A DNA stretch of 64,000 nucleotides from Candidatus Kaiserbacteria bacterium (GTDB lineage: Bacteria; Patescibacteriota; Minisyncoccia; Phycocordibacterales; UBA2100). Each line of letters opens with the position of its first letter. The stretch's first letter is position 1. The stretch is from assembly GCA_016432285.1 (NCBI GenBank), contig CP066682.1, forward strand, positions 794,274 through 858,273, written 5' to 3'. Below are positions 38,684 to 48,702 of this stretch, one piece after another. The position numbers and the translations under genes were made by a program. The notes beneath the pieces were generated by a model. The model was given only the letters and a program-made list of their open reading frames with translations, searched no databases and was not told the origin of the DNA.

Positions 38684-39592
38684 AGAAACTCGCTGACGAT
38701 CCTACTCTATCACGGGGTGGCACCGCGCGAGAGACGCGGCATCTACAATTATCGCGGCAAATTCATCGCGCCCGAGGCATTTCGCGAGCAGATGCGATAT
38801 GTCGCGAAGCACTACTCGGTGCTGGAGCTTGATGACGCCATGAAGCGGCTCCGATCCGGCACGCTCCCCGCATATTCGATCGCGATCACCTTCGACGACG
38901 GCTACCGGAATTTCTATGAGCACGCGTATCCGATTCTGCGGGAGCTACACATTCCAGCCACTATGTTCCTCGCGACCGATTTCGTGCTGCGCAAAAAACC
39001 GCTCTGGGTCGACCGGCTCGAGTATGCGCTCGGGAAAGGATCAGGCTCGACCGAAGAAAAAATCGCCCGCGACACACGCACGCGACAGGAGTTGAAGGAG
39101 CTCCCCGACGCCGAGCGCGAAGCGCAGTTGGCATCCCTCGAGCGACAAGCGAGTGTTTCGTTTACCGACTTCGAGGGCGAGCGGGTCGTGTACGCGCCGC
39201 TTTCTCCGGAGGAGATTCGCGAGATGCGCTCTCACGGCATTTCCTTCGGCGCACACACGAAAAGCCATCCGATTCTCTCTCGCATCGAGAGATCGCGCCT
39301 CGATGAAGAAATAGCAGGATCCCGCGACGAGCTACAGCGCCTCTGCGGCACCTCATCCGTCTTTGCCTACCCCAATGGGCAGCGGGAGGACTGGAATGAC
39401 GACGTCGAGGCCGCGATCCGGAAGGCCGGGTTTTCGGCCGCGCTCACCACGATCGAGGGGTGCAACACTACGAAGACGCCGCTCCAGCGGTTGCGGCGCA
39501 TCGCCATGGACGGCACCGGCCTCGATCCTTCGTTTGCGGCAATAGCGGCAGGCATGAGAGGATACCTTCGCACACTGCGATCCTATGTCTGA
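38609..39592 (+). CDS. Polysaccharide deacetylase (CE4, NodB homology)
   Basis: ITFDDGY motif 1 and H..H metal-binding region. Confidence 0.8.
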   Translation: MRRMMRTLLRLATALGAPGLLRFFHRNSLTILLYHGVAPRERRGIYNYRGKFIAPEAFREQMRYVAKHYSVLELDDAMKRLRSGTLPAYSIAITFDDGYRNFYEHAYPILRELHIPATMFLATDFVLRKKPLWVDRLEYALGKGSGSTEEKIARDTRTRQELKELPDAEREAQLASLERQASVSFTDFEGERVVYAPLSPEEIREMRSHGISFGAHTKSHPILSRIERSRLDEEIAGSRDELQRLCGTSSVFAYPNGQREDWNDDVEAAIRKAGFSAALTTIEGCNTTKTPLQRLRRIAMDGTGLDPSFAAIAAGMRGYLRTLRSYV

Positions 39593-40355
39593 TTCCCTGC
39601 TACGGCCCGAGGTCTCGTATTTCGACAAAAAGAGCGCCGACTACCGCGCCGAGTACGACCGCACGACTCCGGAGGGCTACTCCTTCCGCGTGCGACGGGG
39701 GAAGGTGCTCGAGCTGACACCTCGGGGCACGAACGTCGTCGACATCGCCTCCGGCCCCGGCATCATGATCTCGGGATTGCGCGCGAAAGGCTGCACCGTC
39801 ACCTGCGTCGACGCGGCGCCGGAGATGATCGCGCGTACCAAGGAAGAGCACGGGAGCGAGCCCGGCGTCCGCGCGCTCGTGGGAGACGCCTACTCACTTC
39901 CGCTCGGAAGCGGCGAGTTCGATGTCGCACTTTCTATGGGTTTGATCGAGTACCTGGAGCGAGAGCGGGATTTCTTGCAAGAGGCGCGCCGCGTACTGAA
40001 GCAGGGTGGCACTCTCATCATCACCTTCCCCAATTACGCGAGTCCGTGGCGCGCGCTCAACAGAGTCGGACTCTTTCTCGTGCGCGCACTGCGAGCGGTC
40101 CTCGGCCGACAAAAAATCGGCCCCGTTACGCACCGCGAATACACGCGAGAGCGCGCGTACGAGCTTTTGCGGAAAAATGGATTCGCACCGGAGCAGGCGC
40201 GCTACTACAACTTCAAACTCGTTCCCTACCCCTTCGACGTGTGGTTCCCCCGAATCACTGTCGCGCAATCACGCATCCTCGAGCCGCTCGATCGGACATT
40301 TCTCCGGTGGCTCGGAACCGGTTTTATCGTAGAGGCCCGGAAGACGACTCCGTAA
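39585..40355 (+). CDS. Class I SAM-dependent methyltransferase
   Basis: Motif I VVDIASGPG, motif post-I CVDAAPEM, Methyltransf_11-like. Confidence 0.75.
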   Translation: MSDSLLRPEVSYFDKKSADYRAEYDRTTPEGYSFRVRRGKVLELTPRGTNVVDIASGPGIMISGLRAKGCTVTCVDAAPEMIARTKEEHGSEPGVRALVGDAYSLPLGSGEFDVALSMGLIEYLERERDFLQEARRVLKQGGTLIITFPNYASPWRALNRVGLFLVRALRAVLGRQKIGPVTHREYTRERAYELLRKNGFAPEQARYYNFKLVPYPFDVWFPRITVAQSRILEPLDRTFLRWLGTGFIVEARKTTP

Positions 40356-41340
40356 GGAGCCGCAAAAATTCGGACGCGATGTCCTTGTACGTGCGTGTCT
40401 CCTTCACAGCAAGAATACGGTCGGCGTATTTTCGGTACGTATCCGGATCCACAAGCGCCTCGATACCGCGCTGCATATCTCTCTCATCCAATGGATCCAC
40501 GATCACGCCAAGATCTCCGAAACGCTGCGCATATCCGGAATGCTTCGTGAGCAGAAATGGCTTCCCGGCCCGAATCGCGTCGATGACGGTATTCGGAGAG
40601 ACCTCGGAGATCGAGGGCACGGCGACCGCATACGACGCTCTGATCTTTGCCTGTAAATTTTCCTGCGCGATCTTACCGCACTCGAGCTCGATGTCGGGAA
40701 AATTCTTCCGGGCCGCTTCGAATGCCCGCGTGAAGGCCTCGACATTCTTGAGCTTGATGGCGCGTCCGTAGAGGAGAAAATTCTTTTTGAGGGGAGCGGC
40801 TGATTCCGTGCGTGGCGGAAGTGCATTTTCGATCACGCGCACGTTCGACGCCTCGAGTCCGTATTCCTGCTGCCACAGATTCGCGATCCATTGTGTCGAG
40901 AACGCCACGCGCACATGGCCGAGCACGAAAGAAGCGATGGTTTTCAGGAATCGGTCGGAGGTCCGCCACCGATCCTTATGCGCATAAAAAGCCGGAAGGG
41001 GCACCAGATCCCCCGTTTGCTCCACGTAGCGCTCCCACAAAAAATCTCCTCCGACGCGCGCGACGACCGGCATGCGGCGCACGAAAGAGACGATCACCGA
41101 GGGGAGGCCGACCGTGATCACATCGAACGCAATAATGCCGTCGACGCCGCGCGTCGCCCGGAAAAGCGCGATCGTGTAGAGAAGATGCCGGAGTCCCGTC
41201 GGCACCGAAAGGTAGCGGCTGAAGGCGACCACGCGCACCTCGTGCCCGCCCTGCTCGAGTGCATCGCGAAGCGCCGCCGCATACGGCGCAGGGCCACCAA
41301 CTTCTGGAGGAAAGATGTTCGCCGCGAGGCAGATCTTCAT
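40324..41340 (-). CDS. GT4-family glycosyltransferase (start at MKICLAANIFPPEVGG)
   Basis: GT4 N-terminal PPxxGG motif and Glycos_transf_1 C-terminal domain; converges on and overlaps methyltransferase 3' end by 32 nt. Confidence 0.75.
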   Translation of the reverse strand: MKICLAANIFPPEVGGPAPYAAALRDALEQGGHEVRVVAFSRYLSVPTGLRHLLYTIALFRATRGVDGIIAFDVITVGLPSVIVSFVRRMPVVARVGGDFLWERYVEQTGDLVPLPAFYAHKDRWRTSDRFLKTIASFVLGHVRVAFSTQWIANLWQQEYGLEASNVRVIENALPPRTESAAPLKKNFLLYGRAIKLKNVEAFTRAFEAARKNFPDIELECGKIAQENLQAKIRASYAVAVPSISEVSPNTVIDAIRAGKPFLLTKHSGYAQRFGDLGVIVDPLDERDMQRGIEALVDPDTYRKYADRILAVKETRTYKDIASEFLRLLTESSSGPLR

Positions 41341-41421
41341 CTCGAAACTGTATCTCAAATGTGAATACGGCGCGACCGCATAGTGAGACGGGGCGCGAGG
41401 TGCGCCCCAGTCCACCGATAA

Positions 41422-41589
41422 TCACGTACGATTACGTGATGGCTTCTCCTCGGCAACCGGGCCGAAAAAAAGCAGCGGCAGAAAGAATCCGCGATAGAGT
41501 GGGCCGTGACGGACCATGGCCTCGCGAACTTCCTGTCGGTAGGTCGGTTGCGACGTCGACTTCTCGGCGTCGGTGGTTTCCGGGTTCAT
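41422..41589 (-). CDS. Small 55-aa ORF MNPETTDAEKSTSQPTYRQEVREAMVRHGPLYRGFFLPLLFFGPVAEEKPSRNRT with strong SD (GGAGG, 4-nt spacer)
   Basis: Not in ORF track (below 60 aa); minus-strand aaaaGGAGGtcgtATG; hydrophobic C-terminal stretch. Confidence 0.3.
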   Translation of the reverse strand: MNPETTDAEKSTSQPTYRQEVREAMVRHGPLYRGFFLPLLFFGPVAEEKPSRNRT

Positions 41590-41739
41590 ACGACCTCCTT
41601 TTGGTCACGCTCCCCGCTCTAAGCAAACACCCCCGTGGCGAAAGCTCCTAATGAGTTATCCACTCGATTCGTCCTCATGTTTTCGGACTCACTCGTGGCA
41701 AGCCCCGACGAATCGAGTGTCCCGAGCAGCGCCGAGGGA

Positions 41740-42951
41740 TTAGTGACTGGTCAACGGATTAAAAATTCGATATTTCATATCGGCAGCGATCAGACCCCAA
41801 TCGTACTTCTTGGCAGCGAGCTCTCGCGCATTTTTCACGACGCGTGCCGTGAGCACCGGATCTTCCATGTATTTTTTTACGGCGCTCGCGACACTCTGCG
41901 GATTGCGCACCTCGCAAAAGAGCCCGGTCGGCTCCATATCAGGGTCCTTCTGCGGATCAGAAAGGAAATCTGGAATGCCGCCGACGGGGGTCGCGACGAC
42001 AGGCACTCCCGCCGCGAAAGCCTCGATAAAGGCGCTCCCCATTCCCTCGATGATCGACGGCCGCACGAAGATGTCGGAGATCTTCAGAAGTGCCGGGAGA
42101 TCCGTGTGCGAGACGTGTCCCGCAAAGAGCACCCGTTCGTGCACCTTCGATTCATCTGCGATTTTCTCGAGTTTCGCACGATCTTCCCCATCCCCCGCGA
42201 TGAGAAATTTCACGTTTGGCGGCAGGTGCGGAAGCGCGCGGATGACATCTTCCACGCCGCGAGAGAGGACGAGGCGCGAGGCCGTGAAAAGAAAGATGTC
42301 CCCCATGTGCTTCCTGTATCGTGCCTTGAGAGCAGCGATTTCATCGGCGGCCACTTCGGCGGAAAATGCGCGCGTATCGACGCCGTTGGGGATCACGTGA
42401 ACGGTGCGGCCAAAGCCGACCTCCTGCGCCAAACGCTCGATAAAGTGCGAGATGGCTTTTATCGCATCCGCTTTGAGATAGATCTTTTTATAGAGGGACC
42501 AGAGGAGGCGCATGAGCGGCCGCCGCTCTTTCACCTGCTGAAGTGAGTTTCCGTCCTGTAGCTCCAGCACGTACGGAATGGCGGGGTTCGCGTACTTGAA
42601 AAAGAGCGCTGCGAATCCTGCCTGATTGGCAAGCATGGCCCACGAGAGATCGAAGGGCTTCGCACGCTGGAGCGAGCGCGCCTTCAGGAATGCGGTGATC
42701 GGAAACAGAAACTTCGCAAGACGGTTTTGCCAGGGAAGGGCCCGGTCAGATACTTTCGGATTTTCCGCCGTCAACCCGATGCGGTGGACGGTTATGTTCC
42801 CGATCCGTTCGACTTTCGGGAGTTTGCTGTCGAAGCGGAGCGTGATCATTTCAAACTCATACTCGGGAAGCCGGTCGGTGATCTCTTTGATCGCGAGCTC
42901 CGCACCGCCGACGTACGGCTCGTACGCGAGCGAGAAAATGAGAATTCTCAT
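41740..42951 (-). CDS. GT4-family glycosyltransferase (start at MRILIFSLAYEPYVGGAE)
   Basis: GT4 signature; the 155 upstream codons of the track ORF are Arg/Gly-rich read-through overlapping the upstream gene. Confidence 0.8.
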   Translation of the reverse strand: MRILIFSLAYEPYVGGAELAIKEITDRLPEYEFEMITLRFDSKLPKVERIGNITVHRIGLTAENPKVSDRALPWQNRLAKFLFPITAFLKARSLQRAKPFDLSWAMLANQAGFAALFFKYANPAIPYVLELQDGNSLQQVKERRPLMRLLWSLYKKIYLKADAIKAISHFIERLAQEVGFGRTVHVIPNGVDTRAFSAEVAADEIAALKARYRKHMGDIFLFTASRLVLSRGVEDVIRALPHLPPNVKFLIAGDGEDRAKLEKIADESKVHERVLFAGHVSHTDLPALLKISDIFVRPSIIEGMGSAFIEAFAAGVPVVATPVGGIPDFLSDPQKDPDMEPTGLFCEVRNPQSVASAVKKYMEDPVLTARVVKNARELAAKKYDWGLIAADMKYRIFNPLTSH

Positions 42952-43811
42952 TGTTCTTTTTTGATCGATTCGATGTAGTCGGGAAGGTTGTGCTGCGGCT
43001 TCCAACCGAATTCGTTTTCCACGCGGGTCGTGTCGGCGATGGAGTCCATACGGTTGCCCTTCCGCTCCGGCAGCATGTCGATCTTCACGCCGAACATCTG
43101 CGCAAGTTCGAGGATCGTGTAGGAGCGCTGATCCCCGAGGCCGTACTCGTCGCCTTCGCCCTTCTCCCCCACATCCACGAGGCCGCGCGCGATGTCGTCG
43201 GCGTGCGTGAAATTGCGGCGTTGCGTACCGGGAGAAACCACCGTGATAGGCTGGCCTTTTCTGTACTGCTCCTTGAAGCGACCGATCACCGAGGCATATG
43301 GCCCCGTCGAGAGCTCGCGCGGCGCATAGGCGTTGTAGAAATACGTGATTGCGTACGGGAGGCCGTACCAGTGGCCGAAGTTGCGTACCAACTCCGTATT
43401 GCTTGCCTTCATCCACGCGTAGGGCGATTGGTCTCGCCCCAAGCCGCCATCCGCGAATTTCGTGCTGGAGCCGGCGTACACGAGCTTACAGCCGCGCTTT
43501 TTCCAGTACTGCAAGACACGGAAGGTGCCGAGCACGTTGGATTCCCAGACGAGATCGAGATCGTCGAAGCTCTGTTCGACGCGCGAATATTCTCCGAGGT
43601 GGAAAATGATCGAGGGGTTTTCTTTGGCGAGTAGCTCTTCGATGTCTTTCGTGTGCCCCTCGACGTACTCGGCGCCCTTGATGTGATTGCGCTTCGATCC
43701 GATGAAATAATTGTCGAGACTGACGACGCGATGCGTCGGCAGCAATCGCTCCGTGAGGTACGGGCCGATGAGGCCCGCGCCGCCCGTGATGACAACCGTC
43801 GGCTTATCCAT
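42948..43811 (-). CDS. NAD-dependent epimerase/dehydratase (short extended-SDR)
   Basis: VVITGGAGLIGPYL, catalytic YAWMK. Confidence 0.75.
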   Translation of the reverse strand: MDKPTVVITGGAGLIGPYLTERLLPTHRVVSLDNYFIGSKRNHIKGAEYVEGHTKDIEELLAKENPSIIFHLGEYSRVEQSFDDLDLVWESNVLGTFRVLQYWKKRGCKLVYAGSSTKFADGGLGRDQSPYAWMKASNTELVRNFGHWYGLPYAITYFYNAYAPRELSTGPYASVIGRFKEQYRKGQPITVVSPGTQRRNFTHADDIARGLVDVGEKGEGDEYGLGDQRSYTILELAQMFGVKIDMLPERKGNRMDSIADTTRVENEFGWKPQHNLPDYIESIKKEQ

Positions 43812-43820
43812 GCGGACAGC

Positions 43821-45302
43821 CTATACCGTTTCGCTTCCTTCCTCAATGATGTTCCATTCGCGCTTCGCGCTGCGCCGCGCGAGAAAAGCGGCGCCCGCGC
43901 CAAAGGTGGCGATCGCAAAAGCGCCGAGCCACCACGGCATCGACGATGCGGCAGACACGGCAGCCGTCTCTGGGGGCGCGCCGGCAACGATCTCAGGCGG
44001 ATTCGGTGCTTCATCTACTTCCGGGATGGTGGTCTCATCGCGAGCGCTCGACTCACCCACGGTGAGCCATGCGGGCTCCGCAGGGAGCTTCGGTGCAGTC
44101 GCCGGTGCTTCCGCGTGCATGGAGGAGGCCGGTGGCACGATCGCTTCCCCGCTTTGCTGCCCGGCCGCAAGGGCGGTCGTGCCGTTGGGGTACTGGAGCA
44201 GCGCCGAGGAGCCGCTCCAGAATTTCAGCGTCTTTTGAGGGATGCGCAGTGTCTCGCCCGCAAGAACGACCGTACTCTCTGGAAGCGTGAAGCTCTGTCC
44301 AAACGAGCGAATGATCCAGTACGAGAGGTCGAGATCCTTGCCCGAGTCGTTCTCGATCGATACGCCACCATCCGGAAGCGCGGAAAAAGAAATGTGCGCC
44401 GGCTGCGCCGACACGACAAAGCGGTCCGCAGCGGATTCTTTGTTCTCGGCGATCGAGAGCACGACGACGTAGCGGCCGGGATAGGCATAGTGGTGCAGGA
44501 CGCTTGCGCCTTCGGCAGTGGATCCGTCGCCAAAATTCCAGAGATACCGGACGTTGGTTTCGATCACCGTGCCTTCCCGATTGTATGCAAACCCCGTGAA
44601 CTCTGTGTCCGCCGCCACGATCACCTCGCGGTCGTCCCCCGCCTCCGCAAAAAGCTGTGGGAGGGGTGGCGGCACGTACGAGGAAACGGGAGCGGGCGGT
44701 TGCGATGTCGTCGAGGTCGTGGGCGAAGTGGTGGCAGCGGTGCCCTCCTGCGATGTGAGCGCCCCTGTGCCGGGCGTGGGACCGGTGGCAAAGAGTGCGG
44801 TGCCTGCTGCACTCGAGCGCTGGAGGCTGTTCCCGTCTCCCGCCGCGCCCTGATCCTTCGTGTAGGCAACGGTGTCCACGACCGCGCCGTCGGCATTGAT
44901 CAGCGTGATCGTGTCCGTCGTGTTGCTTAAGTCGAGCAGCGTGTCGATCACCGTCGTGACAGAGGGATAGAGGGCGCGGAACGTTGCCGCATCGTCGGCA
45001 AGAATCGCGTAGGCTCCCGACTGGATCGTGAGCGAGCCGAGGCCGCCGTTTGCGGGCGGCTCGGAGAGTACATGGTTGGAGCCGTCATTGATCTTCCAAC
45101 CCACGATGCTCACCGACGAAGCACCGGCGTTGAACACTTCGATCCACTCGCGCGTATCGTCGGCCCCCACTCCGCTCGCGACGTCGTACATGATTTCGGA
45201 GATGACCACCTGCCCCTCGACAATGCTCGGGATGAACGCAGCCGCGCTCGGGAGGAGCGCGGCTGCAATCGCGAGCGCGAAGAAAGTTCTATCGATCCGC
45301 AT
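43821..45302 (-). CDS. Secreted, C-terminally membrane-anchored protein with lamin-tail (LTD) and PKD domains
   Basis: Signal peptide MRIDRTFFALAIAAALLPSAAA; LTD motif VVISEIMYD...EWIEVFN; PKD motif WNFGDGSTAEG...HHYAYPGRYVVVL; C-terminal TM WWLGAFAIATFGAGAAFLARR. Confidence 0.6.
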   Translation of the reverse strand: MRIDRTFFALAIAAALLPSAAAFIPSIVEGQVVISEIMYDVASGVGADDTREWIEVFNAGASSVSIVGWKINDGSNHVLSEPPANGGLGSLTIQSGAYAILADDAATFRALYPSVTTVIDTLLDLSNTTDTITLINADGAVVDTVAYTKDQGAAGDGNSLQRSSAAGTALFATGPTPGTGALTSQEGTAATTSPTTSTTSQPPAPVSSYVPPPLPQLFAEAGDDREVIVAADTEFTGFAYNREGTVIETNVRYLWNFGDGSTAEGASVLHHYAYPGRYVVVLSIAENKESAADRFVVSAQPAHISFSALPDGGVSIENDSGKDLDLSYWIIRSFGQSFTLPESTVVLAGETLRIPQKTLKFWSGSSALLQYPNGTTALAAGQQSGEAIVPPASSMHAEAPATAPKLPAEPAWLTVGESSARDETTIPEVDEAPNPPEIVAGAPPETAAVSAASSMPWWLGAFAIATFGAGAAFLARRSAKREWNIIEEGSETV

Positions 45303-47208
45303 GCTCGCTTCCTCGTAAGACCCGCTGGAGCTCATCATGAGAGATCTCACCATCGCGGCGATTTTTAGGCTGCGGCGGTCGCGCCGGCGAAGTCGGAGTG
45401 TGCGGAATCCGTGGCTCCTCTTTCAGCGGCACTGGTGCCGGCTTTTGTGTTTCGTGCGTGTGTACGTCGATTCTCACCTGAGAGACGGCCTGCGCCACCA
45501 CTGGTGGGGTGTGAGTCGACGTTTCCGGTGCCACGGCACGTGCTTCCTTCGCGGCTTTGCGCGCGCGCAAAATATCGGCGGGAGAGCGAATTGCGACAGC
45601 GGGAGCCGGCGCGGATCCTGAAGCGGGAGCGTCCTCCCCCGGACGAGCCGCGTGAATCGCCGCGCGAAGCGCGGTGCGCTGCTCCTCGGGCCGTACGATG
45701 CGCACTGAGGGAGCCTGCGGCGCGGGATCGTGGGGGGTTTCGGGTGCCCGCTCTCGATTCTCGTTGTGATAACTGGGCCGGTTCTCCCGAAAGGAAGGTC
45801 TGAAGCCGTCACGCCGATCTCCCCGATCTCCCGGCCGCCTCCCAGCGTTTTTGTCGGTTTTGGGGGGCATTGCAAACTCCTGTTGCCGCTTGTTGACGTG
45901 CGCCTCCATCTCGGAGCGCGGACGCGAGTAGAGCTCACGGGAGCTTCGAACGCAGTCGTCGCGATACGAAATCGGCGGCGCCTCGATCGGCGGAATCGTT
46001 TCGGCCGAAAAGGGCGCTGAGCCGACACCATCGATCATGAGCGTGAGGTAGATCTGCCCGACACCGAGACCGACGAGATCCTCTGCGACGAAGGTGGGCT
46101 CGAATACCGTCTTCAGCACCTCGGCGTCGAACGGGCCTACACGAAAACACACGAGCGTGCCGACGTTGCCAAAAACCGCGTCGCGCACATTTTCCTCCAT
46201 CTGCTCGATGTACTGGTTGGCGAGGGTGAGCGCGAGCTTGTATTTACGCGACTCGGAGAGGATGTCGGCAAAGGCTTCGTTCATCATCGACTGAAACTCG
46301 TCGACATAGAAGTAGCAGCGCGGGAGGGCCTTGAGGCGCGCCGACGGCTCGTCGGCGCGCGACATCGCGGCGAGGTAGATCTTCACGACGAGCATCGAGC
46401 CAAGCAGCGCCGCGTTGGTCTCACCCATGCGCCCTTTCGAAAGGTTGACGATAAATATCTTTTTTTCATCCATCATCTTCCGCAGGTCGAACGACGACTT
46501 CGGTTGTCCGACGATGTTTCGGATCAGAGGGTTGCTGGTGAACTGTCCGACTTTGTTTTGAATCGCCGGGGTCGCCTCGCGCGTGTAGGTATCGGTGAAG
46601 CTCGCGAACTCCTCCACCCAGAAGGATTTCACCAGCGGGTCGGTGATCTTTTCGACGACAGCGGCACGGAAGGCCTTGTTGGTGAGCATACGGTTCACAT
46701 CGAGGAGCGTGGAGTCGGGGTACTCGAGGAGCGCAAGGAGCGTGTTTTGCAAAATGTATTCCATACGCGCGCTCCACGCGTCTACCCAGATGCGCTTGAG
46801 GGCGCCCATGAGCCCCGAGACGACGAGGTGTCGCTTGTCGTAGCCGACATCCTCCATCACGTTGAAGCCGATGGGGTGATCGGTGTCAAAGGGCGCGAAA
46901 TAGACCACGTCTTTCACGCGATCGTGCGGCACGAAATCCAGCAGCTTTTCGGCCGTCGCCCCATGCGGATCGATGAAGGCGATGCCCTCGCCGTTCTGGA
47001 TGTCTTGGATCGCCATGTTCTCCAGCATGGTCGATTTACCCATGCCGGTTTTTCCGATGACGTAGATGTGCTTGCCGCGATCTTCGGCTCGTATACCAAA
47101 CATCTCCCGCTTGCCGCGAGTATGCGTCGCCGCAAAATAGGTAATGCGGCGATCATCGTCGTGATGATCGGGGTGCATGGGAGCATTATACTCCTTCCTA
47201 AGGCTCAC
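45289..47208 (-). CDS. Soluble VirD4/TraD/TraG-like type IV coupling-protein ATPase (TrwB/FtsK-HerA superfamily) with Pro/Ala-rich C-terminal tail
   Basis: Walker A IGKTGMGKST, Walker B YFYVDEFQS, TraM-recognition-like block ESRKYKLALTLANQYIEQ; no N-terminal TM segment; about 200-aa low-complexity tail. Confidence 0.55.
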   Translation of the reverse strand: MSLRKEYNAPMHPDHHDDDRRITYFAATHTRGKREMFGIRAEDRGKHIYVIGKTGMGKSTMLENMAIQDIQNGEGIAFIDPHGATAEKLLDFVPHDRVKDVVYFAPFDTDHPIGFNVMEDVGYDKRHLVVSGLMGALKRIWVDAWSARMEYILQNTLLALLEYPDSTLLDVNRMLTNKAFRAAVVEKITDPLVKSFWVEEFASFTDTYTREATPAIQNKVGQFTSNPLIRNIVGQPKSSFDLRKMMDEKKIFIVNLSKGRMGETNAALLGSMLVVKIYLAAMSRADEPSARLKALPRCYFYVDEFQSMMNEAFADILSESRKYKLALTLANQYIEQMEENVRDAVFGNVGTLVCFRVGPFDAEVLKTVFEPTFVAEDLVGLGVGQIYLTLMIDGVGSAPFSAETIPPIEAPPISYRDDCVRSSRELYSRPRSEMEAHVNKRQQEFAMPPKTDKNAGRRPGDRGDRRDGFRPSFRENRPSYHNENRERAPETPHDPAPQAPSVRIVRPEEQRTALRAAIHAARPGEDAPASGSAPAPAVAIRSPADILRARKAAKEARAVAPETSTHTPPVVAQAVSQVRIDVHTHETQKPAPVPLKEEPRIPHTPTSPARPPQPKNRRDGEISHDELQRVLRGSEHADR

Positions 47209-47225
47209 TCACGCCTTATGCGCCG

Positions 47226-47459
47226 CTAGTTGATTTCGCGCTTTCGCTTTTGCGCGGCAAGATATTCCTTCGCGCTTCGTTCGTGCTTCTTATCCAGGCG
47301 CTCTTCTTCCCGATCCTTTAGGTAGTTCGGATGTGCAATCGGTGGGATTTCGATTGCGACCGGCGCCGAGGGTGGAGCGTGGTCGAGAGCGCGTGAAGCC
47401 GGGGTCTCAAGATCTTCCGATTCTTCCCGCTGTGTTTCTTTCTTTCGGGGTTTTTCCAT
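47226..47459 (-). CDS. Small charged hypothetical protein (77 aa from MEKPRKKETQ)
   Basis: ORF in operon position between GHL10-like gene and ATPase; no recognisable domain. Confidence 0.3.
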   Translation of the reverse strand: MEKPRKKETQREESEDLETPASRALDHAPPSAPVAIEIPPIAHPNYLKDREEERLDKKHERSAKEYLAAQKRKREIN

Positions 47460-47463
47460 GAAG

Positions 47464-48702
47464 CTAGTTGGGGGCCACGACCTGGCGCAAGCTGCTGTAT
47501 TTGTTGGCAGGATCCCAAAACATGTACGAATCAAGGCCGGCGGCTTCGTTGGCGCGTATCTGGTCGCGTACCATCTGCGGCGTGTAGTCGACCGGATAGT
47601 CGAAATCCTGAAGCCACGGCCGCATTCTTTGCGCGTCGTATGCGGGCTTCGCGTACACCGCAGGGGTTGACGTGCCGATCCGGGAGTAGGCGAACGAGGC
47701 GATGGATGTCGTCGTCGCTCTCGTGCGCCGCACCGCTTCGATCATGGAAGCGTACACCACCTTATAGGGGTCGCTGTTGACGTCGGAAAGACCGGCGAAG
47801 CCTTTGTTGTAGTGCGAGGGATAGACCATGGGAGAGATGTAATCGAAGTACGGCAGCGCCCGCTCCAGAAGCTGTCCGATGCCAAGATCGTCCACGTGCA
47901 CCGTCACATACCCGAAGAGGTCGGCCGACATGACAACGCCGAGCGGTTGCAATCGCTCGTGCAGGTATTTGTAGAACTCCTCGAGCGCTTCCGACTTGGT
48001 CTTGCCCTTGCTCCACGTGTAGTCGGCCTCCGCCATGGGGCCGTCGGAGGGAAAACGAATGTAGTCGAAATTGAGCTCGTCGAAACCGATCGCGTAGGAT
48101 TCCTTCGAGAGCTCGACGACCGTGTCCCAGTACGGCTTCGCGCCCACGTCGACGAAGGCCAAGCCTTTCCGGTCTTTCCAGACGCCGCACGAAGTTCCTG
48201 AGCTTGTCGAAGGACATTTTTTTTGCACGGCCTCATCCGGATGGATTTTCGTGTAGTACGGATTTTGAAAAACCGTGATGCGGCCGATGACGTAGATGCC
48301 CTTCTCATGCAGCCCTTCCACGAATTCCTTCATGTCGTTGGCGCCGCATTCGTCGGAGACCATGTCTTTCAAGACGGGGTTCTCGGTAGGAAACGCGATT
48401 CTGCCGGTGTAATCACGGATGTCGATCACGATCGAGTTGAGCTCGGTTTCGTCGATCAGCTTCGTGAGATTTTCACGGAAGGAAGGCGTTCCGGCCGCGC
48501 ACTGCGACATGTACACTGCCTTCACTGCGGCAGGCGTCGGCACATGCTTTGTAAGGGGTACCTCTGGCGCGAGCGAGGGCGGTGTCGATGTGGCGGATCG
48601 CACGAACGATGCGCTCGGCGGTACGGCGTATGCAGCAGCAATACCGATACCAAGAACGACGAACGTCCCTGCGAAAAGAAGTCGGCCTCTAGCGTGGCTC
48701 AT
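47464..48702 (-). CDS. Putative glycoside hydrolase-like (GHL10/DUF4015-type TIM-barrel) secreted protein
   Basis: N-terminal signal anchor MSHARGRLLFAGTFVVLGIGIAAAYA, then about 370-aa domain resembling GHL10-family (IDIRDYTGRIAFP...; NFDYIRFP; YFDYISPMVYPSHY). Confidence 0.45.
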   Translation of the reverse strand: MSHARGRLLFAGTFVVLGIGIAAAYAVPPSASFVRSATSTPPSLAPEVPLTKHVPTPAAVKAVYMSQCAAGTPSFRENLTKLIDETELNSIVIDIRDYTGRIAFPTENPVLKDMVSDECGANDMKEFVEGLHEKGIYVIGRITVFQNPYYTKIHPDEAVQKKCPSTSSGTSCGVWKDRKGLAFVDVGAKPYWDTVVELSKESYAIGFDELNFDYIRFPSDGPMAEADYTWSKGKTKSEALEEFYKYLHERLQPLGVVMSADLFGYVTVHVDDLGIGQLLERALPYFDYISPMVYPSHYNKGFAGLSDVNSDPYKVVYASMIEAVRRTRATTTSIASFAYSRIGTSTPAVYAKPAYDAQRMRPWLQDFDYPVDYTPQMVRDQIRANEAAGLDSYMFWDPANKYSSLRQVVAPN

